DNA of 64,000 nt from Eremomyces bilateralis CBS 781.70 (lineage: Eukaryota). Location of the stretch: NCBI GenBank assembly GCA_010015585.1, contig ML975158.1. One strand, 5' to 3'. A model generated the notes under the pieces. It searched no databases and was not told the origin of the DNA. It saw only the letters and a list, made by a program, of their open reading frames with translations. Below are positions 11,417-24,435 of the stretch, in pieces. A program made the translations under genes and the position numbers. Every line of letters begins with the position of its first letter. Position 1 is the first letter of the stretch.

Positions 11417-13563
11417 TCAGCACATGTTTCCTTTCCTGCGGCCTTTCCTCCCCTTCCATGCTCCATCGACAACCTTTTTGGACCCAATTCCCGACAACGT
11501 TTGCTGTTCAATCACGATGCGCCCACAACCCATCCCAACCGCCGTGATCCACGAGTCCCAAAACCCCGGGTCCACGCCTTCTCCGTCCATGAGGGGCAAG
11601 CGTCCCAACATGGCAAACTCCCACTGCAAGAAGCGTGACACCATCTTGCCTTTATATGCCGGTTTCGGAAGCGATCGAAGGATTTTGCTAGAAGACGCTG
11701 GGGATGACGTCACGAAGCATGGCACCAGCTCGCCTTTCTCTGTCAGTTCTGGGTGCGACCGTGGGGTATATCCAGAAGATGCCGCGGGCCGCTTGTCGAA
11801 GCACTTTGTTGGCATGGGTCCCGCGGCTTTGGGGCCTGGGTAAGAGCTTGGCCGGCCTTTGTTGCGGGGAGAGGGGGCGAGGTTGGGCAGCCAGAAAGGT
11901 ATGGCCCCACCGCTCAGCAACCCCGGTGATGGACGGTAGGTCTTCGATGTGGTGAGCTGCGAAGGTTTCTCAGACGATGTCCACACACGGCGAGAAGTGA
12001 TCATCTCGGACGGGAAGGCGATAATCTGCCAGGCCGAAGACACGGGACTCCCATTTCGAAGGCCATCCTTTCGAAGTCGAGCGTTCACTCTCGAGGTACT
12101 AGTGACATCCAGATCCGAGTCTTCTTCTTTCTCATCAATTCGGATAACCGTCCATAGTCCCGCTTCTGGCTTCAATGACTGAAACGGATACGTCCCCTTT
12201 TCGATTTGCTCCAGCGAGCTATGCGTGTGGACTTCAAACACCGTAATCCTGCGGACCGATTCGAAGTCGAGGCGGATGTTTACATTTGGGACCGGATCCA
12301 ATGACTCGTTCCTCTGGTCAACACTGCTGAAAGTGATGCCAGTACACACAGCTTGTTTTGCGTAGGGCATTGCTCGAGGCGGCAGCTTGCCTGTGGCGGC
12401 AGAAATAGTTTTTTCCCATCGATTGAGCAACCTCGCAAGACCGGGACGCCACCATTGCGGTTCATAATCTTCAAATGTTGGCGATATAAGATCTTCGGGG
12501 GCCTGGAATGGCGAGGACGAGAGGACAGTGTTAGGAGATGGCGGTGTACTCCCGCCGCCCACATGTTCAGTCGCTCGAGGGCTGGCTTCCTTCGGCACTT
12601 GGTTTCGCAGGAAGCTAAATGTCGCCCCAAAGGATGCCTGACGGCGGGGAGGGACGTTGAAAGTGCTATTATCGGAAGATGAGGTATCTTGTTTGTGTTT
12701 TTTGCGAGCCTCGGAATCCGCTCCAGCGGAGCTCGATTCTCGTTTGTGGAGCAATCGCGTACAAGGGATGTCCCAGGAAGAATCAGCCTCTGGGACGAAG
12801 GAGCTGAAATCGGTGTCGAAAGAGGAGGTTTGGTTATTTGAATCGCTGATGGATGTCATTTCCCACTCCACACTGACATCGGCGAGCATATCGATGGGTT
12901 GTTGAGGGGTCAAAAAGGCGATGCCATTGCGCTCGATTTGCTCAGTCATCTCAACCCACGATTCCGATTCCGAGTCGCTATCCTCGTAGTCTTCTGACTC
13001 TCTATCATCATTTGATTCATATTGTGCCGGTTCGTCATCGATAGAGCCACCTTGACCAGCGAGTTCCAACTCGGCTCTCGCGGTCTGTAGGCGAGCAGCG
13101 TCCGCAGCTGCCGCGGCTTCCACTGGTTCATATTAGTTTTATGCTATTTGATCAGTCCTATCATCAATCACTCACACTCCTCTTCCCATTCCTCCGGCAC
13201 AGGCGGACCGACGAGCGGTGCTGGGGGCTCCGGCCGTTCACCCAACACCTGCTGAAGCAAAAAGCTGGTCTCGCTCAATTTGCCCCTCGACTTCATCTTG
13301 TGGGATTTATATTCCATCTTCGCTTTTGAGTCTTTCCTGGAGACAGCCCAGGTGAAAGGAGTGGGGCCGTCTTGCTGTGGTGTGCGTGGACCTTCTTCCA
13401 CTGCCTCGTCTGGTGTTGGTTGTCTCCCAGGGAGGCGGACGCGGATGGCATGAGAGACTCCTTCAGTGCTCGAGGGGAGTGCGAAGAGTAGCTCGGACAC
13501 ATCTATGCCACTAATAGAGGGAGGAGTATGCGAACGTACAGTCGGGGGTGTGGATCCTTGCAT
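11417..13563 (-). CDS. Hypothetical protein, largely low-complexity (intron 13123-13175)
   Basis: ORF 13168-13563 joins ORF 11417-13123 in frame via gtgagt...actaat...cag. No family recognised. Confidence 0.7.
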
Positions 13564-13977
13564 GATTGAACTAGAATGGTGATAAGGAGCAAAAGTCCTA
13601 AATGATAATGTGTTACGTGATTGTACGTGAATACATCAGATGGGACGAAGTGGCCGCCTGAATTCATCCAACACTAAACATGAATCGAAAAGGCAAAACA
13701 ATCGGTGCTGTCATTGAATACGTGTGGAAATGTTGTCGACTGAGCGGGTTCAGCAACGAGGAGTGTCTGCATAGTTATTAGAACAAATTAAGATGCTAGT
13801 CGATGCTCATTATGCCAGGGTATCTTATCCTTCTGTAGTCATAATATGGTGAATGGTAATTCTATCAAATGACAACTGAATCGACAAACGGCGAAGCATG
13901 AACATATACTATTCCAGTGCCATCACTTTGCATTGTGTTTAGATCTTCATTTGCATAAGTGCAACCCATCGAAACAC

Positions 13978-15261
13978 TCATTGATCCGGGCTGAGACTAA
14001 ACGTATGCGATATCTCCAGAAAATACTCATCTCCCGGTCCAAAGATCTGTCTCTTCTCTCGTTCCCATTCCGGGTGATTGATCCCATCGATCCAGTCTTG
14101 GGCTTCCAGTACTACGCAGCCGTACTGCTGTACTGTTCGAGGTTGAGTAGGGTCATCAAAGAAGCCTTGAGTTTTCTTCAGGGGCATAGTACCTGTGGGA
14201 GTCAGTCAATCTGTTCACATCTTCATGTTCAACACGGTAGACATTGATTCCTCACCATCTTGATTGTTGCAGCTATACATCTGAAGTGCGTGCTGTTCGG
14301 AAAAAATATCCACAACGATCCCTGACGACTCGCTCTCCAGCCGCGCAAGGGGTAGGGGCCGCCGATCCCGAGGGTCGTTCTCTTGCGTGACAATGTAGCA
14401 GGTATCATAACCGCGACAATCGGTCCCGCAGTTCCCTTCAATCTCGGAGTCACCAAACGACGCGCCAAGTGGCTTCGGTTTGCTCCAGAAGTCGTTGACA
14501 GAACCTTCTTGGCTCGGCAGGATGTCACCGTTTGGTATCAAAATTCCGTCTGTCGCTACTCTGGATTTCGAGCGCGGCGTCCAGAGCTTGTGGCCGAGCG
14601 CTTGCGGCGTGTCAGGATTCTGAAAGCCGTCCAGATTCCAGTACGTGTGGGAGGTAAGCATGATCGGTGTCTTTTCCGTGAAATTCTTCGCCCACATTTT
14701 GATATGCCAGGTGAAGGCCGAGACCGAGTACTCGATTTCTGCTTCCACGCGCCCTGGGAAGCCCATAGAGCAGTCTTCATCTATGAGTCGAAAGACGATT
14801 CGGTCGGACGAGTGGGCAACGACGGTGAAGTTTCGATAATCCCAACCATTCCTGCCGCCATGCAGGGTGTTGAGACCATCATTGTCGTTCAGGTCGGTAT
14901 GATATGTGACCCCATCAATATCATATGTTCCATTCTTGATACGGTTTGCGTACCGCCCAGGGACGCCACCAAGGTGAGGATGCGACTCGTCGATGGGATA
15001 GTAACTCGCATTGTCGTATCCCAGTACAATATCTCTTTCGACGCCATGCCTGTCCTTAACAAACAGGTTGGTGATGCTGGCTCCGTAGGGGATGAATTGC
15101 GCCGTGATTCCTAGGTCTCCGATGGTGTATTTCCCATCTTCATCGGGTCGGAACTCTCCGGGGTGGCTGTTAGGAGACTGTCGCCGTGATGCATCGAATC
15201 CAGCTGTGAGTTGAGCAATAGCAAGTAGAGCCCCTAGGACTGAAAATCCGCGCGGCGACAT
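13978..15261 (-). CDS. Secreted aldose 1-epimerase (mutarotase) (intron 14193-14255)
   Basis: Signal peptide MSPRGFSVLGALLAIAQLTAG. Motifs GRYANRIKNG, LHGG, TSHTYWNLDG and, after splicing, GCVVLEAQDWIDGINHPEW. Confidence 0.92.
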
Positions 15262-16092
15262 CCTCTCAATGTTGCTGTGGGCGAAGAGGTTCAACAGAAC
15301 GAGTGGAATTTCTCCGCCACTTGAATGCGAGAAGGACTCGAAATAGTCCCAAGCCTGTAGGTATACTAGAAGGATTTAAAAACCCGTCCTTTATACAATT
15401 ACCAACTTTGGAAACCAGTGCTCGAAGGAAAGGAAACTACGAGGTCTTCGGGAGCGACTGACGAATTCTTAAAGTCCACATAATAAGGACCATTTAGCCT
15501 CTTCAACATCGTAGGCCCTGCCAAAGGACGGTTTGATGTTACTATAGCAGCTGACCCATGTTGTGTCTAATGCCAGTGTCCGCAGTCACTGTGCAATCAA
15601 ATCTCGGGTGGAAGAAACCCCAGTTTCGGAGTCGTGCATCGGTGGTAATAGCGACGGTAGATGAGGAAATATGGACGCACTCCAGGTTCTCCTCAACCCA
15701 ATACATATTTCCCCGCACACGTCCCGTGTCACCCGAACGGGTCGTACCAATTGAAAACTCAGGGTCGATGGCAAAGCGGATGGGAGGTGCGTAGGATGTG
15801 GCCGGAAGTGGAAAAGATGAGGTGGTGTAGCATCGGCTAATTAACTTATGCGATGCAGATCACCGCATCGACCCGGCGGGGAGAAGAGCGTGCATCGGGC
15901 AAGATCACTGGATCACTTACTCTAATCCACCGGGAAAATAAATCAAGAATGCTCAGAAATCTGAGATGGAACAGAATATTTAGCGATGTCAATGATTCCA
16001 TGACTTTGCAAGATATTCCACCCGGCATAATCATATCCAAAGCTCAACTAATGTGACCCCAATAATCGAGAACCACGCAACCCCAAACTCCG

Positions 16093-17853
16093 CTACGCAC
16101 CCTGGAACCTCCTCCGAAACTCGCCCTCCAACCGTCCCTCGTGTGGAGGAGTAACATTCAAGACCGCCCCGCCCTCGTTCCTCGCCGCTACAGACCTCGC
16201 TTCCTCTCGCAACGCTTGGTCGTCGACTTCGGACACGTTCTCCTGATTGCGTCGCATCGGTCTCCGCGCAGGGATGATTGGGACGCCAATTTGTAGGGAC
16301 GGGGGTAGCAGGTATGCTCCCGCCTGAGAGTCGGATGGACGGTCGGGGATAAAATAATGTCGACGGGGCCATGGCGGTATTGGAGGAATTGCCGCCTCGG
16401 GGTGAATGTGGGCTGAAGTCGCCGCGCTTCGTCTGGGATCGTGGTTTGACTGGTGATATCGCTCACTCTGGGTTCGATGGCGTCGCGTGCGTCGGCGTGG
16501 TGGAGCTTCTAGATGGGGTTCGGTAACGTTGATTGCTCTAGTGGCCGATGGAGTGCGCGGGGTAGAGTTTTGCGGCGTGTGAAGGACTGTTGTCGATGTC
16601 GAGGCATTTGGAGGGGATGCGTGTGTTTGAGAAAGCCTTCGCGAAGATGCTGGTATGACCAGCGGAGAAGTAGGATGTCGTAAAGGGCGGCTGGTAGAAG
16701 GATATTGCTCTGAAATCTCTCTAGAGGCGCTAGGATTGCTTCGTGGTATAGCATCAGCAGGTCGTTCGACCGTCAGGTGTGCTCTACTAGACCAGGTTGG
16801 GCTGGTAAGATCGAGCACATGAGGTCGGTTGGCCGCAAGGAAAGGCTGCGACGGTTGCCCTGGTTCCAAGTGAAGTTTCCGGAGTTCCGTGCTGTTCGGT
16901 CCGGGCGATGGCCCACGTCCTATCTGTAACGACGTGGACAATGGAGCACTCGATAATCCAGAGTGGACATCTTGTTCAGGTGGCTCCAAGGTGGAGCATT
17001 TTGCGTTCGAGCTCTTGGGCGATCGGGCTTCTCCGTTGTTGTCCGAGAGGTCCACGATGCTTTCTGATGGACTTTGATCAAAAGAATGGTAGACGGCTTC
17101 CACTGACGACCGGCTCGACGACGGGCGGTCTACACCGATCTCCAATGAAGGAGTTCCGGTGATCGGGTTGAGGGACTGAAAGACCGCGTCGCAATTGTTA
17201 TCCTCTTCAGTCACGTAACTGAAAGATATCTGGTTCCCCCGGCGAACATAATTAGCCTTGTCAGGACGGGTCGACGCAGGCAATCCTGCCGCCATTGGTG
17301 GAAGCTCGTTTCCGGAGGTGGCTATTGAGAACGAGGGGACATTCGCTGCAGTCACCCTAACACTTTCCTCCACAGCATTCAGGGACAGCTGTGTGGATAT
17401 GCTTGCAGACAGTAGATCCACGCATTCCCTGAGGACGTCCGTTGCCTGCTCAGAAGAGTCTGTAATGGGACGAGCGGTTTGAGCACCGGGAGAAATATCC
17501 GACGCTTCTAAATAGCTCTCGCTGTGCGAGCCAGAACTTCTAGTCCGCCGTGACTCCGAATGAGCTCCCTCGCCTTGAGAGGATTCTGCAGGGTCGAAGT
17601 CAAGCAAGGTCGGCAATGGTGGAAAAGACGGTGCCTCCCCGTCGACCTGTAAAGCATGTCGCGGTTGGACAAAGCCCGGGTCCCTCCCACTACCAACGAT
17701 GCCATTTCGACGCCATATTCTCAGCTCTTCTTCAAGTCGCTCGGAGGAGTTGGGAGACGTTCCGGGACGAGTCTGGTGCGCCATCATACGCTGTCGAGTG
17801 AGGTTGACATCTGCGATTGTCAAGGTGATCTCGGATGGACTGCATCTTAACAT
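16093..17853 (-). CDS. Hypothetical, mostly disordered protein with N-terminal Cdc26-like peptide
   Basis: 586-aa single-exon ORF rich in Ser/Pro/Arg, beginning MLRCSPSEITLTIADV. Confidence 0.75.
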   Translation of the reverse strand: MLRCSPSEITLTIADVNLTRQRMMAHQTRPGTSPNSSERLEEELRIWRRNGIVGSGRDPGFVQPRHALQVDGEAPSFPPLPTLLDFDPAESSQGEGAHSESRRTRSSGSHSESYLEASDISPGAQTARPITDSSEQATDVLRECVDLLSASISTQLSLNAVEESVRVTAANVPSFSIATSGNELPPMAAGLPASTRPDKANYVRRGNQISFSYVTEEDNNCDAVFQSLNPITGTPSLEIGVDRPSSSRSSVEAVYHSFDQSPSESIVDLSDNNGEARSPKSSNAKCSTLEPPEQDVHSGLSSAPLSTSLQIGRGPSPGPNSTELRKLHLEPGQPSQPFLAANRPHVLDLTSPTWSSRAHLTVERPADAIPRSNPSASREISEQYPSTSRPLRHPTSPLVIPASSRRLSQTHASPPNASTSTTVLHTPQNSTPRTPSATRAINVTEPHLEAPPRRRTRRHRTQSERYHQSNHDPRRSAATSAHIHPEAAIPPIPPWPRRHYFIPDRPSDSQAGAYLLPPSLQIGVPIIPARRPMRRNQENVSEVDDQALREEARSVAARNEGGAVLNVTPPHEGRLEGEFRRRFQGA

Positions 17854-18821
17854 GTTGCCGGTTTACTTGACTTGTCGGAAATGATTGTGATAAGCAGCCT
17901 TTCAAAGCGGCGAAAGTTGAGACACACGACACGAACAATCGAAACTGCAACAAGCCGACGAGAGACACTTTATCCAACTGAAGTTGGAACATCGTGAAAG
18001 TGTTATACTGTATATCCAAAGATACCTGTACCTGTACTCCAGCCATTGTGCTGTATGGCCCTTGCCTAGGTACCGTCTTGACGGCCACTGCATTGCTGAT
18101 GCTGCTCAAGGAGCCATTAATTTGAGGGTAGTAACAACCGGATTCCGGTCCTGTTCGCGATGGACAGCAGTATCATGCGCTTATCTATCACGCGATTAGG
18201 TGGATTCATCGCATACAATATCACTACTTAATATGCTACTGCAAAAGATGGACACGCAGGTGTACCTACGACCTATGATGTTTTCACTGTGTTTGATTCC
18301 CGGAATGAGGTCGTTGAGTCGAGGCTGGAGGAGCAAATACTTGGCTTAGTCATTCAATATCACGTGAAACTTTATCACATGATATATACTAGTAATCCAG
18401 TTTTACGGCCTTAGGTGTCAAGGCATCAAGCATCGGATATCCAATCAGTCATTCCCGTACAACATCGATACAACATCACTGTGGCTAACACTCCCTCGAC
18501 ATTCGGCTGGGATTCGATCACAGTACCCAGCGCGCATTTGTTTGCAAGGCTCCGTTAGTTGAATGAATAATTGAACATTTCAATTGCCTTTGGCCCTCTA
18601 CGCCTGCCGAATGTTATGACTCTCACACCTCGCCCCTCCGTCCTCAATAACCACCATCCGAGGCCATACACCATACCCTCCGCTCAGTGCAGCCGCTGAC
18701 ATCGTTTCCATTGCCCTCGAAGTCGATCGGATAGCATCTGCATCGGCAATCCTAATATATGGTCGTTCGCTCGAGTCCCTTGTTCGGAGTCTTCACTCGA
18801 CAGTGAACCCTCGCTACCCCG

Positions 18822-21436
18822 ATGATGAACGGCGATATAAGCCTGTCCCAGACCCTGGGCGGGCTACGTATCGCCAATCCCGATGAAGATGCCTCCCACT
18901 CCCCCTCACCACCTCCCTCCGCTCTACCGTCGAATATCGCCGAATCTCTACAACCGCCTCCGCCCTCTTCGCACTCGTCATCCAGTACCGTCACCGACGC
19001 CAAGCCGGCGCCGCAGCTCGAACAACTTCCATCGCAGGCGATACATTCCGGTTCCCTCGACTTCGACCCGAGTACGTATTCAACGAGCACGGCCGAGAGC
19101 TCCCGAGCCGAATACATTCCTCCCCGTGACCATCGGCAGTCAATGCCTCCTATGCAACAATCCTCCCAGCCCTTCCCGCAACCTTCCTCATACGCCTCAC
19201 AATCCTCCTCCAAACGGCCCATTTCAGCAATGTACAGCCATCCCAATCCTTCATCAAGCTCCTCCACATCAAATCGAAGCGCATACCGATATCGGGACGA
19301 CGGTTTTGTCCCCGTCACACCATCGAGCGCATCAAATTCCGGACGCGGAACATCTCAAATGCCTGGGTCTGTGCCGTCACGAGAATCGAGCCGGACGGAT
19401 CGAACATATCGGCACTCACAACAATTGACCCCGGGGAACGGACCGTTACCTCCGCGAAGGAACTCCAAACGCGGTCCCCAGAGTGGAGTCCCCGGGTCGA
19501 TACCTTACACCTCCTCGTCATATGTGGAGGGTGGCCCTCTCGCGAGTAGTGACGAATGGAAAGAAAAGGGGGCTGCCGTCCGAGTCCGAACCGAGACCGA
19601 TGCCAACGGAAGACCTATCTCCAAGGTGCTGAAGAAGGGGGTTAAAGACTTCAACTTTGGGCGAACACTAGGGGAGGGATCTTACAGCACAGTTCTGGCA
19701 GCAACCGATCGTCAAACCCTCCGCGAGTATGCCATTAAAGTGCTCGACAAGCGACATATCATTAAAGAGAAGAAAGTCAAGTACGTGAACATCGAGAAGG
19801 ACACACTGAATCGCTTGACGGAACACCCTGGGATCGTTCGATTATACTACACATTTCAGGACGAACGCTCGTTATACTTCGTGCTAGACCTAGCGAGCAA
19901 TGGTGAACTTCTTGGGGTTTTAAAAAAGCTGGGTTCATTCGACGAGGAATGCACAAGATTCTATGGCGCCCAGATTCTGGATTCCATCGCGTATATGCAT
20001 TCGAAAGGCGTCATCCACCGAGATTTGAAGCCGGAGAATGTCCTTCTCGACACGCAGATGCACGTCAAAATCACCGATTTCGGAACCGCCAAAATCCTTG
20101 ATACCAGACCCCAGCAGAACGGTAGCGGCTCGTTCGCTGGCGATCCTCTCGATGGCGCAGAGGTGGATCGGGCCATGTCTTTCGTCGGGACTGCGGAGTA
20201 TGTGAGCCCAGAGCTGCTGACAGACAAGAACGCCTGCAAAGCGAGCGACTTATGGGCATTTGGCTGTATCATCTACCAGTTGCTTGCCGGGAGGCCACCT
20301 TTCAAAGCCGCGAACGAATACCAAACATTCCAGAAGATTGTGGGGTTGGACTATCAGTTCCCGAGGGAGTTTCCAGTTGTGGCTCGCGATCTTGTCGAGC
20401 GGCTTCTGGTGTTGGACCCCGCGAAGAGGTTGCCAATTGAGCATATCAAGAATCATCAGTTTTTCGAGGGCGTCACATGGGGAACGGGACTCTGGAAGCA
20501 ACGGGCGCCCCGAATAAAGGCATATACGCCGATAACGGAGCCCATCCGGTTGAATGGTAAGTCGTATGCCTCTGCGTTCTTTCTATCGCTTACACTCGCA
20601 GGTCCCACATCGGCTCCGATTTCCACGACGCAGCGCCAGCAACAAGCTCGCCTGATCACGGAATTGCCACCACCCAGCCAACTCGACATCGAGTGGTCCC
20701 CTGTCCTAACGCGGGCGAACGAGCGAATCCTCAAGCTCGGGAACCTGGTCGTCACCATCTCGCCATTCGTGCCACCGGGAGGCGAACCCTCGGAACCGCC
20801 AAAGAAATTCTCTCGATTCTTCGGCGGGAGCACGACAAAGCGTCGACAAAGACTGGTCATGATCACCAGCACCGCGCGCATTGTCATGGCCGCGGCAGGA
20901 GGAGATGAAAAGAAGGCCAAATTGGAGATCAATTTGCTGGGACCCGGCACGACATGGAGAAGTTACCAGGACCCCAAGGGCCTGACGTGCTGGGCTATCG
21001 ACACGGTATGCTGTCTTCTAGTGGAATTTCTTCTTCTCCCCGCTAACATCATCCACAGAGGGACAAGCACTTTGCCTTCGAAGACCCCAAACTCCACCCC
21101 TCCGACCCCACCTCCTCCATCTACGCCACCCAAGAATGGCTCGACACCCTCTCCCGCGCCAAGGACCTCGCCCTCTCCCACCACGCCTCCTACTCTGCCT
21201 CCTACGAAGACTCCACCATCGACCTCAGCTCGACCATCAGCAGCCCCACCAGCACCCTCGGCGGTGGCGGCGCCAACGCCTCGGGGAACGTCACCGGCCA
21301 CGGCGGCGAGCTGGACGGCGTGAATATCCCGTCGAGTCGCGACCATGTCGAGATGGAACGGGAGGGGAAAGAGAGGAGGGGGATGAAGCGGTTTAGTCGC
21401 CGGCATTCGAAGAACGGTCTGGCTGCCGTGTTCTGA
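18822..21436 (+). CDS. ksg1: PDK1-family Ser/Thr kinase (Ksg1/Pkh-like) with C-terminal PH-like domain (introns 20557-20601, 21006-21058)
   Basis: GEGSYSTV, YAIKVLDKRHIIKEKKVKYVNIEK, HRDLKPEN, DFGTAK and SFVGTAEYVSPE. Splicing at 21006-21058 gives the C-terminus ...KRFSRRHSKNGLAAVF-stop at 21436. Confidence 0.93.
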
Positions 21437-22193
21437 TGACGGCGCTCTCGTACCCCCCACCATATACCTTCACAGCTAATACTCCGCCTGCTTTATTGAC
21501 AGGCACTGGCCATGTTTTCTTCACACACCTCCCTTCCCCAATAAACCCTTGTAATCCCACCTTTCCTTTTTGATATGAATATTGGAGCATATTATCATTC
21601 CTTTGGGTTTCCACCTGGCAACGTGGCATGGGTTTTCTCGGCTGCTCGGCCCCCCCTCATTTGCTCATCATGTGGTCGTGCGTGGACGGTTGGGTGCGCT
21701 CGCATAGAGTTTTGTTTTCCGAGTTGTTTTTTGCTTTCTAGCGTCATCAGGGCCGGTTGGAATGAGGCTGCATATCCGATGTCAGATTGAGCGATCATAC
21801 GGATCCATCGTTCGAGGGCGGGTTCCGCGGGTTCGGGGATTGCGCATCGTTGTTTTTTTAACCACCTATACTTCACGATTTGACTTTGCTCGTGGTTGGG
21901 ATACGGGCTTAATTGGATGACAGCGATAACCTCACCGATCTTCATCTTTACATAGTTGCATTTATGACTCGAGGCTCTATAGAGAATCCACGTCCGTAAT
22001 ATAATCTTCTTCGCCGACGAATCCTGACTCCACCGCTGATTTTTGGGATGAACGCCGGTTCATCTTCCCGGCTGAGACCTGTCTTTCACGAGGGATTTCG
22101 AACCATTATGAACGCATAGCATACAGTATTGCAAATCGACGAACCGATACGCCACCATGACACCGTCTGGCCGCCCCAAAAGAACCCCTTCCA

Positions 22194-24073
22194 TCAATGA
22201 ACGCCCCCTCTCCTCGCCACCCACAACCCCACCCCCTCCCTCGCCTCTCGACTCCCCCACACCCCCGTCTCCCCCCCCCTTCTCCACTCTTCCCCGCGCC
22301 CCTCCTCCCCAAACCCAGGCAACTCGCCCATCAAAATCTCCAGATCCCGCGTCTGGCTGCTGATCCAGCGGCGGACGAACCCGACCGGATCGGCGGCCAT
22401 GGCGTCGAAGAAGGCGTGCTTGAGGCGCGACTCGTTGATGGCGCGGACGTTGGCCGCCAGCGCGTCGTCGAGGGCGGCAAGCTGCTGGAGCGTCGGGATG
22501 CTATGGACAGGCGGGGCGTTTCGCATGACGGAGGGCATCGGGACGGGGATGTCGTAGACAGTGTATTTGCCGTAGGTGGCGGGTTGGGGGGTGGAGGAGG
22601 GGGTTGCGTCGGGGGGAGGGGTGGTCGGGCTGCTTTGGTTGATGTAGGCGGCATCGACGCGGATGGTGTAGCGGAGTTCGATGGGGGGGAGGGGCTTGAG
22701 GTGTTTTTGGAGGGTGTCGGCGAGGTGGGGGAAGAAAAGAGTTTCGGTATTGAAAATCTGTCATATCGTCAGCACATGGGGAAGGGGATTCTTGTTGGAT
22801 AGGTCACCCACCGACTGCAGTGCGGCATCGCAGCGGATTCTACGCGATTCTTCATCTTCGGGCAACTTCATGGCTTTCACATACTGCCACAAGCCCATCA
22901 TCACCTCCCCACGATCTGCTTCGTCGGTATCTAATAGACGAGCAAGTTTATCACTGAGACGGAATCGTTCCGGAAACTCGTCCCGCGACAGCTTGATGAT
23001 GATGTTGGCATTCTCATCGCCTTTCCTTTCGAAGTCGAGGAAGTCGAAGTTGGCCGCCTGACCCATCTCGGGCGTCGGTGCGCTCCCTCGAGGAATCTCG
23101 GGACGTTTCCATTCAATCTGGGCGAAGCTGTCTGGGTTGCTTAGGGATCGTGACCGGTCGAACTCGATGACGATCTGTCGGAAGAAATGGGAGAGCTTCG
23201 TCTTAGTAGAAGGAGGTGGTAGGGCTCTTGGTTTGGAGGCCTTTGCCGCGGTGTCTTGATCCATGGCATCGGGATCCTTCTCGTCGTTCGTGGCCTCCTC
23301 ATCCCCCCTTTCGAATGCGTCTTCCTCGTCGAGTAACTTCCCTTCGATCTTGACACGATACGTTCCTTGATTTTCACTGCTAAAATCGAACGCGTCGGCC
23401 TGCATCGCGGTGTCCTGCCAGGGTTGATTCTCGGCGGTATTGGAGACCCAAATGCGCATCGTTCGATAGCGTTTGGCATTATGGGGCACTTCATTCATCT
23501 CCAACCTCTTGCGCACCATGATCGCATCCAGCTGGCGCTCCACCTCCCTCAGTCTCCTATAGCGTTGCGCGCCGTCCCCGATAACGATGTCCTCGACTCC
23601 ATCGGGCAGGCTTCGATCGGTTGGTTTCCGGCTTTGCCTCCATGCTGCCTCGCGGCGCTTATCATCGGCCGCTTTTAGGTTTTGGTGTTGTAGTTGCCCC
23701 GCGTGCGGTTGGGATGGATTTATTTGAGGAGCTCCTAGAAGACGAAAACGATGGTGCAAGTCAGCAAGGCTCCGGTCCTGTTGCGCCTGAGTGCGGATTG
23801 CGGATCTGTCCGTTGGGTAGTGCTGTTGCAAGGAGTGGAGATGATGTCTATGATAGGCCTCCAAGTATTGGTTCCTAGCTAAGGCCTCCATTTTTGCGGC
23901 GATCATCGCCCGTTGGCGAGCCATGGGATCCATGGTATCAGGCGTGTTCGATGATGCTGTTCCGCTGGAAAGGATGTTTTGCGACTGGCGGGTGAAAAGG
24001 AAGTAAACTCACCTGGCCGATGGGAGCGCTGTGGTGGTGGAGCACCCTGGCCATAATTTCGATATTGCTGCAT
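22194..24073 (-). CDS. ssr3: SWI/SNF and RSC complex subunit Ssr3/Snf12 (BAF60, SWIB domain) (introns 23735-24012, 22758-22811)
   Basis: SRKPTDRSLPDGVEDIVIGDG, MRIWVSNTAENQPWQ, NFDFLDFERKGDEN, SWIB-like VMMGLWQYVK and C-terminal DPVGFVRRWISSQTRDLEI. Introns have canonical ends and the correct phase. Confidence 0.9.
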
Positions 24074-24435
24074 TTGTGGATGTGAATTCACATGCAGTTA
24101 TCCCTTTGTGTTAATGTGTTGATACAATTCACTTGCGCGTGACAGACGTGAATCGCGTTTGCGATTGTCAAACCGACGACGTTGGAGCACCCCTGTCACG
24201 TGGCGGACGCTAAATGATTGGATGCCAAGTCTCCACTCCGCCGCTCCATCCGCCCCTTGCTCTCCTTTCTCCGCTCAATACGAATAGAGGCTGTGATCCC
24301 CATGCTGAGCAGCCAAAGCTCAGATTCAAAAGATTTGTTGTTGCCTAGTAGACCGAATTCTGTATTCTGTAGTTGTCTCTCAGAGTCCATTACTCTCATG
24401 TTTACGGAGTTAATCCTTCGGATCGCGAATGTGTC

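Noticed and set aside
3455..15261. Gal80-like oxidoreductase and mutarotase as a GAL cluster
   Set aside because: They are about 10 kb apart with unrelated genes between them. There is no galactokinase, transferase or epimerase, and the mutarotase is a secreted type.
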